Shown here piece by piece: positions 24,301 to 39,300 of a DNA stretch of 64,000 nt. The notes under the pieces are model-generated. The model was not told where the DNA came from. It ran no database searches and saw only the letters and a program-made list of their open reading frames with translations. The stretch comes from Squalus acanthias. Taxonomy: Eukaryota. The stretch covers positions 744,001 through 808,000 of the forward strand of contig JASTWF010000036.1 in the NCBI GenBank assembly GCA_030390025.1, in the 5' to 3' direction. The position numbers and the translations under genes are program-made. Each line of letters begins with the position of its first letter. Position 1 is the first letter of the stretch.

Positions 24301-27300
24301 GCGTAGAAATTTGAACAAGCTGCGCAGCCCGTTAAAGGAATCGCGCACCCACAAAAGGAAACATTGCATCCCTGATGTAGTTACTATTCTGAACTGCGAC
24401 AGATTCCCAAGCCCAAACATACCTCTGTAGGTGATTCATCAGAAATGCCAGAGTGTCTCTGTTGGGCTGTGGCAGCTCACTGATAGTCTGGTACATTGCT
24501 GCAATGCTGTTATCATCATCAGGGATTTCTATATAATGAAACACAATATTGTTGAAACAACCTGTGCAACATCCACACCCGGAGGTGAAGATCAGTTAGA
24601 AATGCTGAACTCGCTTTAACTGGTGAAATGAATTAAATTTCCCAAGAGAAAATACATCCAGCTTTAATATATATCGCATAATTTCCCCCCCTCAATATAC
24701 TGAAACACAATGATGTACCACAGCATCAGTCACGTGACACCATTACCCTTTAGGCTAAAGCCATCAGTTTTAGACAGGTCCAATAATCTCCACTCCACTC
24801 ATTTCCCTGATCTTACCAGCAAACTTGCCAGAGAAAAGCAGATTTTAAAATCTTTAAATCATATGCTCAGACGCAGGGGAAGATGACTGAAGAACAGAGT
24901 AAAAAGCAAACGCTGCTACTTTCCGTTTAAGACACTGAACCCCTAAATGGATTTACAGCTTTGCAAGGTGTTCCCGTATCTAATGCTAATTTAGGAAAGA
25001 TGTTAAAATTATACTAGTTAAACCAACGACATAAGCTGCCTAATTTCCTTTTTTTACTGGGATCATAAGTTTTGCATTCACTTTCTCATCAGATTTGCCC
25101 CTCCGCCCCTGACGGTGTTGTCTCCTCACTGGGGTGTGATTTCACAGGAGGGAGTTCGACTTCCGGTACCTCACCAAAGGCTGCTCTTCATGTGCACGCC
25201 TTTACAGCAAGGGTCAGCAGGCTATCTGACCACAGGAGGCACCACAGCCGCTCCCAATCGTAATACTGTTTTCGCTGCTATCCCCTCACAGGCAGGGGTG
25301 ACCGGGACAGCGATCAGGAGCAGGAACATGCCCAATTATCCCCTCGCTAATCCAAAAAGGCGCTGAGGCTAATTTCAGTGACCTTAAGTCGTGGTGAGTG
25401 AGATCTGACACAGCATTGGCTGAGCTTCAAACCTGGGAACAGAACTTTCATTTCGGAGGTAAACTAATCTGTAAATTCAAAATTTATACGACATTAAATA
25501 TTTTAAAGAATCAATAAGGTGTTTTAAACCTCGAGCTTTGAACCTCCAAAACAGGAACGATAGTAACAAAAGGCAGCACCTGTTGGAATCATACACATCC
25601 TCAAAACACACACGTGGCAGCTGGATTGCCCATACTGAGGGATGCCTGCACGTGCAGTTATTCAACAGGCGGTTCTATTCTCAATGCTCGTCATTAGAAC
25701 CAACAGTTACAAACCTGCTGCATTTACAAATGCGGAATACAGTTTGAAAGTTACAAGGGGCTCCTTCAGGTTCCTCAGAAAGTCTTTCAGAAGCCCACAG
25801 ATTGCATGAATATCATCCACTTTACTGAGCAGCGGCATGTTCTTCCCTCTCAGGAACTTCTCCTTCAGCTCTTTCACGGTGCGGTCACACCCAGAGATAC
25901 GGTACAGGCCAGTCTAAAGGAGACATCAGTTACTTGTACTGCACAACTAAACCTAATCTATAGTTTACAAACCCAAGTTGAAAATATTTCGGTGAATCTT
26001 TGATACACTTTTCAAACTATGTATTTTTTCGACAAATGGCTCAGTTAACACTCAATTTTAACTTGATTCGCCCAACAGGGTGGCAACAGCATCAAAATGG
26101 AGTCGGTGGCTTCACTGCCCCGTTAACTGCAATGATGCGGCTAGTGCCACTTTAAAAAGGGGCCTACTGCTGGGCATCCAACGCACCTGCCCATTTCAGG
26201 TGGCAGTCCAGTACAATATGCACATCGGGGTCTGAGGACCTGGACTGCCATTTCCGGTTGGAACATGCGCAGTGCACGCTCCAATTATTGCTACGGGCAA
26301 TAGAGCCAAAATGGCCCGGCCAAGATTATTTTTGTAGGGCCCCAGAGGAAGAGGAGTGCTCCTCCAGGCCCCACAAAAAAAATAATCTGGGCTGCTGCTG
26401 CGGCCCTGGTTGACACCAATTACGAGAGGTCAGTGCTTCACCCACAAACCTTGAATTCCACAATCTTGGAATCGGTTATGAAAAAACCTCCAGTGTATAA
26501 TAGTGTGAGGAGAAGAAAATGATAAACTGCGTGAACATTTAACACCTAAACACAGAACAGGTTTGAGGCACTCCAGCTTTCTAATCATTTCAAACCAAGA
26601 TTATAATCAGAATTAATAATTAAGAAAGGTGTCATCTTTCATCAGTCCTACCTCAGATAAGCCTCTTTGTTCAATTTCATTGATGCAGTGCACCACAATG
26701 GATGGGATCATGGGTGATGTAGGAGATGTGAAGTCTGCCAACACTCCCTGGAAGCAACACAAAGTGAATAATATTACAAAAGAACTACAACATACATTCA
26801 GAACTACCGGATAAGACTGCTTACTTGAACACTTTTCATTCAAAGTAACTGTATACACCCAAATGGATGATTTGCTAAACTATGGAGACCATTTAATCAC
26901 ACAGAAAATACAAAATGGAACATACTGGGACAATTTTGTACCTCTACACTGCAAATAGGTGCTCATCTGTGTGTTTGCATATGGGTTGGTTGACACTAAG
27001 CTGGACTAAACTGTCAAAGAGTTTCTACTCAACTTTAGTTCCTGTATGGATTTAAAATGCTTCATTGACCATTTTTGCTGCCTGAAATCTATTGCAGAGA
27101 TTTCCACACCGCCACCATGAATCTTACCTCTCCAATTTTCACAGGCGTTCCCGACAAGGTTGGGATACAGGGGAGTGGACAGCGATCTCGGCATTCAGGG
27201 TGAGATACAACTCTGCAGTCTCGGCACTTCAAGGCCAACTTCCCAAATTTGATCCTTTTGCCACAAGGGACGCATGACTCGGGTTTTATAACCTACAAAA

Positions 27301-30300
27301 ATAAAGAGACAAACAAATTGGTACAGTACTTGGAGCATTGCAGTACTATTCCAGGGTGATGGGAACCATGTTTGAGGTCATAGCACCACATACTTGCTCA
27401 CCCAGTCTGATCTTATACACCTCTAAGCAGTCTCTTCAGAGAAACACGGGCAAAAATCTGGGACGACAGACCACTCGTTACTTTATATTGGACCCCAAAG
27501 CTTTGGGCCGTCCTCAGGTTGCGTATGAGGCCCAAGCCCCAGAAATTAAATTGAACACAGTAAAAATCAGAAATACCGTTTTAGAGACAAACTCGTGAGT
27601 CCTCATCCCTCCATTACTCTGAGGTGTGCCATAATGATCAGATCTACTGGCTACTGATGGTGTGCTGGAGGGAGTGTCCGAAATGGCATCAAGATCCTGT
27701 ACTTTCAGATTTGCTGAAAAGAAATTGGAAATGATGTAAAGTCATGGACAATTTAAATTGTAGCTGGACAGGGAGAACACTCAAAAAAGTCACCGATAAT
27801 TATACATGGTCAGGATTTAAATGTAGACAATTGTTCAAATTTACTGGCGATCAAATAGGCCATACGGTAATTCAATTTTCAGCCATTATTACACTCAAAA
27901 TCATAAAAAACAGAATTTGATCAGAAGCAAAACTTGTCAAAAATGAGCTAACAATTTTGCCTCCACTATTAACCCTACTTTATTACTAAAAGTCAGTCTG
28001 GCAAATTCCAAATTTGGAAGCGAGTGAGAACAAATGTGTGTCCCAGTTATTGAACAGTTCCTATTACAGTATAATAGTAAGTGGCTGCACAGCAGGATTA
28101 TCACCAGCCTGGCAGGCCTCCAGCCCTTCCTCTCCACAGGGTGCGTGGTAAGAGGAGATAACGGGGCGAGCGAGAGAGAAAAGGTACAATTACCAAATGT
28201 ATGTATAAACCCATAATGATGCACAGCGGAACAACTAATCAGAGGAAATATTGGCCTATGTTCAAGCAAAGCATTTTGCATTTCCATGACAACTATACCC
28301 AGAAATATCCTATACTCGATTGCACAAGTTATAGGAGTGTGTCAAGCCCACTTGTAGCCAAGCTGGATGCCTGCGAATCCAACAGCAGAATGCATAAAGA
28401 AAGACTTGCATTTCTATAGTGCCTTTCACGACCTCTCAAAGCCCTTTACAGCCAATGAAGCACTTTTTAAAAAGTGTAGTCACTGTTGTAATGTAGGAAA
28501 CGTGGCAGCCAATTAGCACACAGCAAGATCCCACAAACAGCAATGTGATAATGACCAGATAATCTGTTTTAGTGATGTTGATTAAGGGATAAATATTGGC
28601 CAGGACACCGGGGAGAACGCCCCAGTTCTTCTGCAAAATAATGCCATGGGATCTTTTACGTCCACCTGAGAAAGCAGACGGGTCCTCGGTTGAACATCTC
28701 ATCCGAAAGGCGGCACCTCCAACAGTGCAGCCCTCCCTCGGTACGGCACTGGAGCGTCAGCCAAAATTTTTGTGCTCAAGTCTCTGGAGTGGGGCTTGAA
28801 CCCACAACCTTCTGATCCAAAGGCGAGGGTGCTACCCACTGAGCCACGGCTGACACACAAAAATGCATAAAGTGTGCCTGGGCAAATGAGCAGTAAAGTA
28901 AGTAGATCCAACATGGCAGATGCACTCCCATCTTCCAACTGGCTCCCCCCAAATTAAACAGAAAGCAAACGTTTTTGATTAGGATTCATTGTATGAATTT
29001 GTGTTGCAATATTTCCATTAAGGTACATATTTCTGACCAGACTTGCTGAAGCCCATTTTAAAATTACCCTCAACTTTTAACATCAAGCTTTCAGTCTAAT
29101 GAATAAAAATGAGTGTCCGGGTTCCCCCAACAGCTCAGCTGGTCAAGGTGGTGAGTAGCTGAGCCACAGAGACCAGGCAGGCAGCCAAGTCCAATCCCTG
29201 GCCTGTGCTGTGTTAGCTGACTTCAGCAGAACAATGGCAGTGGCTGCAAATGGACTCGGTCCCCTCCCCCTGCAACTTGAAACAGAGAGCTGTGCAGAAT
29301 TCCCATTCCCGATATATACAGTCACCCCGCTTGGAAGTGCATGTGTAGATGTCAGGAGAGGTTGGGGCAGGGTCGACTGCGATGCCTTCTTGTTCACTAT
29401 CCAGGTTCACCCTTAAAACAAAAAGCAAGCCACTTGGGTCAGGCTCCACTAACAATGGCACCCATGAAACCACAGCCCAGTATGGAGTCAATTGCCTTTA
29501 AGAAAGATGGGCGGGGGAATCCAAATGAGTCAATTTTATAAAGTAGAAATCCTCCAGCTCAGTACCAACAGCAATACCAGATTCTCAGAAAACCTGCAAC
29601 AAATAATTTATGAAACATTTTACAAAACTGAAGCCAAACCCCGCAGCTGATAGATGAATCTCCAACAACACTGCTGCCAACTTCCATCTTGTGCACCGAT
29701 TCCCCAATGCTAACCACAAAAGGTAAGACCTCAACATTTGGTCAACGGAGCTCACCTGTTCGCCGCCTGCTTCTTGTCCAGTATGGCACAGCCTCGATTG
29801 TAGAAACTGCCTCGATTGGCCCGCCATTATTAGGCAATGTCAGAGTGGTTTTAGCCACGATGGAGTCATTTCCCTGAAAAAGATAACCCAGACGGTCAGC
29901 AATGTCTGGACAGCATTCCCATGCTCACACAACATTATCGTCCCTCTTCCTCGGCCCTTCCCTCCCCCTTCCGTATTAGGAAAATGCAGTGCACACATTC
30001 CTTCTGCAAACCTTGGGGTCACTTCTTTCATCACAGAAAGCTTCAAGAATCGGATTCCTTGGTTTAGCATCAATAAACGGATAGAGAACCAACAAAATAG
30101 CTCTCGTCGGAGAAGTCAACACCACAGTTTAACTCCTCTGCTAATTCGGATTGATCTTTAGTTGGAAACAGAAAAAGTTGAGTTTCGACTGGTACACAAG
30201 AGAACAAGAAACTTCCTCTGTAGCTACACGAGGGGATTACTCATCAGGGGCGGGGCGGGGGGCTGTTGCAGCTCATGAAATGGAACTTGGGTCTTTCAAA

Positions 30301-33300
30301 AAGTATTACGATTGGCTAAAACCAACCTCAAAGGCCAGTTTCTTTATACATTTAAAAGCGAGACAGTGATGTAATCGCATTACAGATCCAACCGAGTCGC
30401 TCTGATGTGCCTTGTAACGGTGAAAACTGGGAGGCTGCCAACAACGAGGAGGTATGTTTGCAGTCCACAAAGCAATACAATGCCCAGGCAAATAGACTCA
30501 TTGGAATAGGAACTGGGTGGTGCAGTGGGTTAGACACTGGCCTTGCACTTGTTGGTGGCAGAGTTAAAGCACTAATGCGGGAGATCTCAAATGGCAGGCT
30601 GCGGTGGTTTCTGGACCCCAGAACCTTTTTACGTGGACTGCACAGGATGCGGAGGTGAACTTTTGTCCTGACTGTGGGCCTCGGTCAGTTCTGGTGGCCA
30701 ATCATCTAAGTGAAAATGAGCAGCCGTTGACTATGACTAGCTAGAAATGAAAAAGATCCTGTACCGGGAAAAAAGCTCATCATTATCAAACACCTGATTT
30801 ACTGAGCAAGACCAGTGACAGTAAGTATATCTGACTAATCTTATCTTGCCTATATAATCCACTGGAGTCAGTTATAGACACATTTAAATTGGTCTCGTAC
30901 AAAAGTTAAATGTGATGTATTTCTTAATGAAATTCAAACTTTTTTCTTGGACAATAGATGGAAATGAATGTGTAGCATTAAACGAACTTAGCAGTTGAAA
31001 TAGCAATTCCCTTCACAGTTTGTGGCCTGGCAAATGTTGAGAGCAGGCCCCACATTAGCAACATCGATAACTGAGGTAGTTGGACTGTGTACCTCAGACA
31101 ATGAACTGTTTGTTTTTGAAAACACACGCACATAGGGGAAGGAGGGGGGGATAAAAGGTTACAAGGCAGCAAAGCAATTCAGTCGAATGCAGCTCAAGGT
31201 AGCTGATCCCCATTCCAAAATAGATACTTCAATCAGAATAATTCCTAAACTGTACTATTCTCATGCACAAATATTATCCCTTTACCCCACTTCTCCTCAT
31301 ATTGCTTTTGGAACTGCCCAGCAATGAAGGACACAGATATTTGTACCTCTACTATAGCTGTGTTGTGGCGTTCCATTTTACAATACATCTTGCATTTAAT
31401 CAAATATTGCATAACTACGACAGTATTGATACAGCCAACTGTTGCATATTATAATGCCCACCTTTTCAATTGATCGCGACCGTTTAGCTGGCGCTGGCTG
31501 GACATCAATAAGGACTCTGGAAGAACGCTGGAAATAAGCAGGTACAAAACTCTTTACACACCTGGACAGAATTGATTGTACGGCCATTACTAAATCAATC
31601 AGTAAGGAATCTGGTGCACGGTAACACGGTTTTGTATTTGCATTATAAATTGAAGTGCTTTCAGGCAAGGTACAATGGTACCTTGTTCTACAGCCAGGAG
31701 TGCATTTGTAATTAGGGAGATGGCAGATTCTATTACCCACGGTATTTAATCCAGGTACAAACAGCCTCCATTTACACGCGTGTACCAGAAACTCCTTGCT
31801 GAAGGTGAAACTAGTCTATAAAAGCACATTTTTACATCAAGGAGAACGGAAATCACATTTTCTTATCAGAACATGGAATGAAAAGGGGCATTCTTTAACT
31901 GGATCACCATGACAGATTACATGACCCAGCTCAGCCCCAATAAGGAGTTTCACAAGCGATTTTCAACTGGCATGATTACAATACTAATGGAAATATGCTG
32001 CAACAGAACAGTTGCAAGATTGGCAGGGGAAGTCTTTAGCTTATATGAAGGAAGCAAATGCCCCATAAACACAGAAGGAATGCACATTGGGGCTCGTTTA
32101 CTTTGTCATTCTTTCAACAAGTACCATGCAAATATGTACATCCAAGTTGAATTACATGGACTTCATACTCCGTGGTGTGGTCGCGTCCATTGTTTTATGG
32201 ACTCAGACCGTCCCTGCCGACAGTACTAATGCGCTCAGAGCAGAGCCGTAAATAACTTGAGCAAGAAAGTTTGCAACCTACTCTTTTTTCTCTTTTCTTT
32301 AACTTGACAGTCCTCACAATAGAGGAATCCCAGTCCTGCATCAAGAAAAAGACAACAGTTTAATCTCTCAGCAACCGTCAAAAAGCTACAATGACAAAAA
32401 ATAAAATCATTCCATCCGAAACAACTTTCCGAAAGATTCCCTGGTTACGCTTTTCAAGTTAGACACAAATGCAAAGGTTTCTGCATGAGTTAAATTGCAG
32501 GTGAACCAGCCAACCACTCGTTCACGTTCAGCATCGGATCATTGTGACAATGTTCACGTAATGCCGAGTTGAAGCGTAATGTCCATTGAACTCGGAGGGC
32601 ATTCGGACACCCAGTTATTTAAGGCATTTGTCTCCTCTGCCTTTCATTGCAGTCTCCCCATGCTACATACCTTACTCTATTAGCCATTCGGAGGTGCTTT
32701 AGAGAAGCCAAGGTGGACTGTTCCGATTTTCCTGGTGGGAAGTGCCAAGCATGTTGCTCGCCACCGGCCCACGTCGGAGAATAACCCACATCGGGGAATT
32801 GCAGACCAACTCCGTATTCTACCTGTCTGTAGCAGCGCACACTGGCACTCTGACACAAGATCATGTCACTAGAACGAGTTATGTCATGAGCAGCATGAAC
32901 GCAGTGCAACTACATTTATAGAACATACAGCAGAAAATCAGGTCACAGCACTGGCTGATTAAAGAGCACCCTTTACTGATATGAATGATACCCCTCATCA
33001 ACCAATTCCACAGCTGCGCACTTTGCTGCTTTGACTTTAAACACATGAAACAATCATAATTTTAAGACGCCTATGTAAACCCTGCATTTGAGTGGGGAAT
33101 ACCACCTACAAACTAAAAGACTAAAATTCATAACCGTTTAATTGTGCAAAAATTCGCCCTCATTGCAGGGATAAAAGCATTTTGCACTGGAAACAGCGTA
33201 GAATTCATGCTGTCCTTCACACAGTTCAGTGCTCCGGAGGAACAGGTTACAACAGTGTACAGAAAGGTCGCCCACACGGAAATTACGGTTGCCTACAATT

Positions 33301-36300
33301 TTGAACGGGCTGGTCACCAAAATTCTGAACACTGACCATTTTTGGGCCAGTGCTTTGACAGGTTGTCCCACCACTGCCCCCAGTCCTGAACAATTTTGGC
33401 GCCAACAGTAACCCAGTCTACACAGGAACCTGTACTCTCTACTCTTAATTCCACTTCAGTTAATTCAAGTTACTGGACAAGTCACATTTTTAAAGCACAT
33501 TTTCTTCCAGTGCCATTTGCTTTATTGAATAATTTACAATTTTTTAATGCAGAACTGAACTAACACGAGAGGCGGTACCACCCAAGATTCACTGGGAATT
33601 CCGAATATCCTTCAATCAAATCCCATTAACATAGTCCTAGTTTAATTCAACAAATCAAAATTAATTATACAAACAAAAGGATTACCATGGAGTCATCAGT
33701 CTTGTCGTAGCTAATGTCAGAGTGAGAAGCAAAAGATCCAGACTCATCGATTGTAGATAATCTAAAAATAAAACAGTAAAAAGATTTAGTAACCATCAAC
33801 TCTTCACGAACAACTCATCTGACTTACTACTTTACCCTGCCCCAAATCTCGACACTTGCAAGATATCTGACTACCACATGTCCCCCTCCAGTCATTAACA
33901 AGCTGAACTGTGTACATTGCCTGCCCCCCCGAATAAAACCATTAAAAAAAAAAACAGCAACAACATTGTGATTATTTGGTCTCACTCAAGGGGGAAAATA
34001 AATGTCACACCCCACCGCCTACTACAGAAGATCCCTCTTATTTATTTGCGCTGCCACCGAGAGCAAAGAATCTTTAGAACTGGGGAAATTGATTGCAAGA
34101 GGGTATGGCACCTTACAGCAAGGCCAAGATGACGCCAAGTAACACGTAGAGAAAATGATTATATATAGCGCCTTTCTCGTCCGCAGGACGTCTCGAAGAT
34201 TACTTTTGAAATGCAGTCACTGTTGCTTAGCAGGCAAATGCGGCAGCCAATTTGCGCACAGCAAGGTCCCACAAACAGCAAATTAGATGAATAACCAGTT
34301 ACTCTGTCTTGGTGATGCTGACTGAGGGAATACATTTTGGCCAGGTCTCTCTGCCGAACAGTGCTTTGGGAACTTTAACATCCACCTCAACAGGCACAGG
34401 GCCTCAGTTTAAAAAGACAGCACCTCAGACAATGCAGCACTCCCTCAGCACTGTACTAAAGGGTCAGCCTAGATTATATACTCAAGATCTGGAGTGGGAA
34501 TTGAACCCAGGAACTTACTCAGAGGCGAGTGTACCACCAGTGAGCCAAACTGACACTCAAACTGTTCAAAACTATCTGCAGCACTGATCCACTTCATTTA
34601 CTGATCCAGATATTTATACAATTCTGGATTGCAAATGCCTCATCTAGAATGGGAATTCCATGTGGAAACACAGCTTGTACAAATATCTAATGGGACACTA
34701 ATGCTTTTGGTGCAAGTGTTCTTAGAGTAGAACATCCTAGGAAACCCACTAATGTACTTTGAGATGGCATCCAACGGAACTTTAAACCACTTATTAATTG
34801 CGAGCATTTTGATAAAACACTGAACTCTAAATCAACACATTAGAGTGCTCCATAGACAACCATGAAAGAGAAAGTAAAATTGGAGGGGAAAAAGAGGAAA
34901 AAAACTTCTTTTTTTTTTTTTTTACACAAAGTACTCCTTTATAAAAGAAAATGATATGCTCACCAAAGGGATTCTTGGCCTTCCTTTGCCGCTATTAAGA
35001 CCTGGGACGGGAGTAGAGTCTCCCTCCCTGCAGGGCCACTGCAGTGACATCAGTTACAGGGAGGATCTCAATGCGTCCTGGAGTGGTTCTGTTATAAACA
35101 GCTGGAGGAGGCAGGACTTCGAACCAGCCAGAGAGCTGCTCTGGAGACGCGACCTCAAAGCCAGACTACAAGCTCGGAAATTTCCTCTCGCAGCCTGTCC
35201 CGTGGTCTCTCGGGGATGGGCAGCTCCAAAGCAGCCTCTGGGCTGGTTTGGAGTCCCGCCTCTAGCTGTTTGCACTGGGGCGTATGGGGATGTTCTAATA
35301 ACTGCAGTTACATAGAACATCCCAGCAAAGAGGGAGAGCCTACTGGAGGGTCTTAGTAGTGGGAGGGAAAAAAATTGGTGCACTTTTTAAAAAAATTTTG
35401 TTGAGTATAATTATTTTATATTAAAAAAAAGTACTTTGCATAAAAAAGTACTGCCCCTTCACTTGCCTTCCTCAAGTGTCGATTCGTGTTGAGTGAAATT
35501 TCAATTGTGACCTTTCCTGCTTTAACAGGATACAAAAGCTACACTACCCCCCCTCCCAATTGTGAAGCTTTATCCTAAAACCAACAGCACAAACAATTGT
35601 TGGTGACTGAAAAGTACTACCGTTTGTTGGATGCATATCCATTAGAATTTGAGCATTTGGGGTTGAGGAAAGCAAGAGCAGACTTCTGTTCTTCATTTAA
35701 TTGAATGCTGGTCGAGCCTTCTGCTATGAGGAGCTCTCGGATAAGCTGAATCTGCCGTTCCTTAAATGAAAGAAAGTAATTACTACAATGGAAGAGAACC
35801 ACTGGCTCAAATTAAATCAAATCTTAATGCGGCCACAGTTCCTGCTGCTGATCAATCTCCAGTGATCCTGGCGCATGTCGACAGCAGGTGAGGATAGCAT
35901 TGGGTTTGGCTGCGACAGTCAAACTGCCTGCCAATGCTCACCATCTAGGCTCATGCATAAAGAATGAGCACGGGTTGAGATACCAGTTTACTACTAGAGC
36001 TGTACTGAGCACGAGTCAACGCCATCAAGAGAGGGAAAATGGGACTAAACTGTACGAGGAGCCCCACTAACAAGGCAAGGCTGCCAGCAGGCCTCGTATA
36101 ATATTCATACACATGGTACTGGCCAATAAATATTCTGCAGCACCATCGTGGCAGTGGAGGGGTGTGATTTTTGCAGATTAAATGGGGAACAAGGTTTTCG
36201 CGAATGACTAAAGGTTCCATGTAGCCATATTTTAGAGGTTATTTTGCAAATCTGTACATGAACCCCAATAAAATTATTTTGGTTTGGAGTCCATTATTAA

Positions 36301-39300
36301 GGAAACAGTAACAGGACATTTGGAAAATCATAATTTAATAGGACAAAGTCAGCATGGTTTTACGAAGGGGAAGTCATGTTTGACAAATTTGCTGGAGTTC
36401 TTTGAGGAAGTAACATATAGAGTGGATAAAGGGGAACCAGTGGACGTAGTGTATTTAGACTTCCAAAAGGCATTTGACAAGGTGCCACACAAAAGATTAT
36501 TGCTTAAGGTAAAAAATCACGGGATTGGGGGTAATATTCTGGCATGGATAGAGGATTGGCTATCTAACAGAAAGCAAAGAGTTGGGATAAATGGTTCATT
36601 CTCAGACTGGCAATCAGTAACTAGTGGTGTTCCACAGGGGTCAGTGCTGGGTCCCCAACTCTTCACAATCTATATTAACGATTTGGAGGAAGGGACCAAG
36701 TGTAACATATCAAAATTTGCAGATGATACAAAGATGGGAGGGAAAGTAGTGAGTGAGGAGGACATAAAAAACCTGCAAGGGGACATAGACAGGCTAAGTA
36801 AGTGGGCAGAGATTTGGCAGATGGAATACAACACTGGAAAGTGTGAGGTGATGCACTTTGGCAGGAAAAATCCTAGAGCAATTTATTATCTTAATGGCAA
36901 GAAACTGGAGAGTACTGAAGTGCAAAGGGATCTGGGGGTCCTGGTGCACGAAACTCAAAAGGTTAGTATGCAGGTGCAGCAAGTGATTAAGAAGGCAAAT
37001 GGAATGTTGGCTTTCATTGCTAGGGGGATAGAATATAAAAATAGGGAGGTATTGCTTCAGTTGTACAAGGTATTGGTGAGACCGCACCTGGAATACTGCA
37101 TACAGTTTTGGTGTCCTTACTTAAGGAAAGACATCCTTGCTCTCGAGGCAGTGCAAAAAAGGTTCACTCGGTTAATCCCGGGGATGAGGGGGTGGTCATA
37201 TGAGGAGAGGTTGGGTAGATTGGGACTCTACTCATTGGAGTTCAGAAGAATGAGAGGCGATCTTATTGAAACATATAAGATTGTGAAGGGGTTGGATCGG
37301 GTGGATGCGGGGAGGATGTTCCCGATGACGGGTGAGACGAGAACTAGGGGACATAGTCTTAGAATAAGGGGCTGCTCTTTCAAAACTGAGATGAGGAGGA
37401 ACTACTTCACTCAGAGGGTGGTAGGTCCATGGAATATGCTGCCACAAAAAGCTGTAGAAGCTACAACATTAATTAAATTTAAAACAGAAATAGACAGTTT
37501 CCTAGAAGTAAAGGGCATTAAGGGTTACGGGGAGCGGGCAGGAATTTGGACATGAGTCTAGGTTCGGATCGGTCATGGCCCTGTGGGTAGTGGAGCGGGC
37601 CCAGGGACTGTGTAGCCTGATTCTGCTCCTATTTCGTGTGTGCAATTCTGTTAGATGCAGGAGATGGTTCTGTGATAGATAGTAGATTGGCGGTTAGGAT
37701 CAGATCAGCCATGATCTTATTGAATGGCGGAGCAGGCTCGAGGGGCCGATTGGCCGACTCCTGCTCCTATTTCTTATGTTCTTATAGCATTGTAGCCCCA
37801 ATTTTACACAGCTCAATGTCACAAACGAGGCCCTGCAGGCAGCAAATCACAAAATCAGGAACCTAACCTCTCCCAAGCAAGTATCAGGACATCCAATTTT
37901 GCAAGCAGCAACTTGGGCAGTGATAAATCAGGCTAAGTTAATCCTCCACGAAGCCTTCTGGCCCTGACTTTTAACCCTTTTTATAAAGGCGCCGCCCATA
38001 GCACAAACCTTGCCCATAAAAACTGGAGATCTCCCCTGCTTGTGCAGGAGTCTTAAAGGCAAGTTTTAGCGGGGAGGTTTGTGCTTCTGTGCTCCTCTGC
38101 TACATTCCGCTCCATACATTATTTGGTCTTGCCCAGTGATCCTACATTTGTGACTTTCTAGTGTCTTCCCGCCCCCCATTCGTTGCTTTGCGTCATGCTG
38201 TTTGGTGCAATGTCATAGCCAGCAGTGACCAAAGAGCTGAGGATTGCTTCAGGATATCTGCCACGGCAGGCAGTCTGCAATGCACATGTGCATCAGGGAA
38301 GTGACGAGCGCTGGGTTGGCAAGGGGCAACACCTTTATTCCTGCTTCTGTGGACAGGACACAGCTTTGACAGGGTGGCAGGGTTGCCTCGAGTGCACGTG
38401 GGCACCAGAACTCCTCATATCAAGCCCATGGACCTCATGGGGAGAAAGGGTTTGCTCTCATTCGATGTTCAGGTGGCACCTGAGCACAAACATCACGAAT
38501 ATCAGTGACCATTATTCATGAAGCAATCATGATTCCTTCATTGTGCAGCATCCCACAGTGCCAGCTTCATCTGAAGAGACACTGGATGGATGGATGTTAT
38601 AACAGGTCTACCCTCTGCAACCATGTTTGCTGACCCCACAGAGAAAGCTCTGAACAGCAGAGGAGCTCCTCATCCAGGACACCTCCGCTTCTGTTTGCTG
38701 TTCCTCTGCTGGCTCCTGCACAGTCAAGAAAAGTGTGCCTTACAGCTTAGGTAGAATTAATGAGCAATTGCAAAAGTGCAACGGTGTTGCAGGTACCTCT
38801 CAAAGGGCGCAGGAGTTCCCAACTTAGGTTTGCCCCGTGCTGGAAATGTGATCAAAGTGACCATCTTCCTCCAGATGCCAGCATACTTCTTCCTCATTTG
38901 CAGCGAGGTACAAGGAAGCCAAGTGACCTCCCTCCGTGGAGTTGGCACGAACGTTCCCTCTAAACTGTGCAGCTCTCTGCCGGTTCCACGCAGCCCGGAA
39001 CTGGCTTTTTTCAATGTTAAATTTTGCGCATGCGCGAAACTGTAAATGGGCCGTGCGCCCCAAAAAATGTTAGGGGGAACATTGGCTGGCACCTGACCTT
39101 TTACTGGAAGATGGCGTTCAGCCCCAATTCAGGCCACTCTTCTTGGGTGCACCTCCTCCAGCAAGACTTCCAACTCTTCATCAAATGTAGCAGCGCTGTA
39201 CCGGCTCCCTATTCCATTGCGAACAATTAAGCAATTTGTTGGTCACCTCCACAACCTCAGCCGTTTTGGCAAGCCTGTTAAGCCTCATTGGACTGTACAA

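Noticed and set aside
29330..29411. Extra RACGAP1 exon after a ttttaag acceptor-like site
   Set aside because: Lies in an old SINE; coding exons 7 and 8 already join in frame and match the known protein
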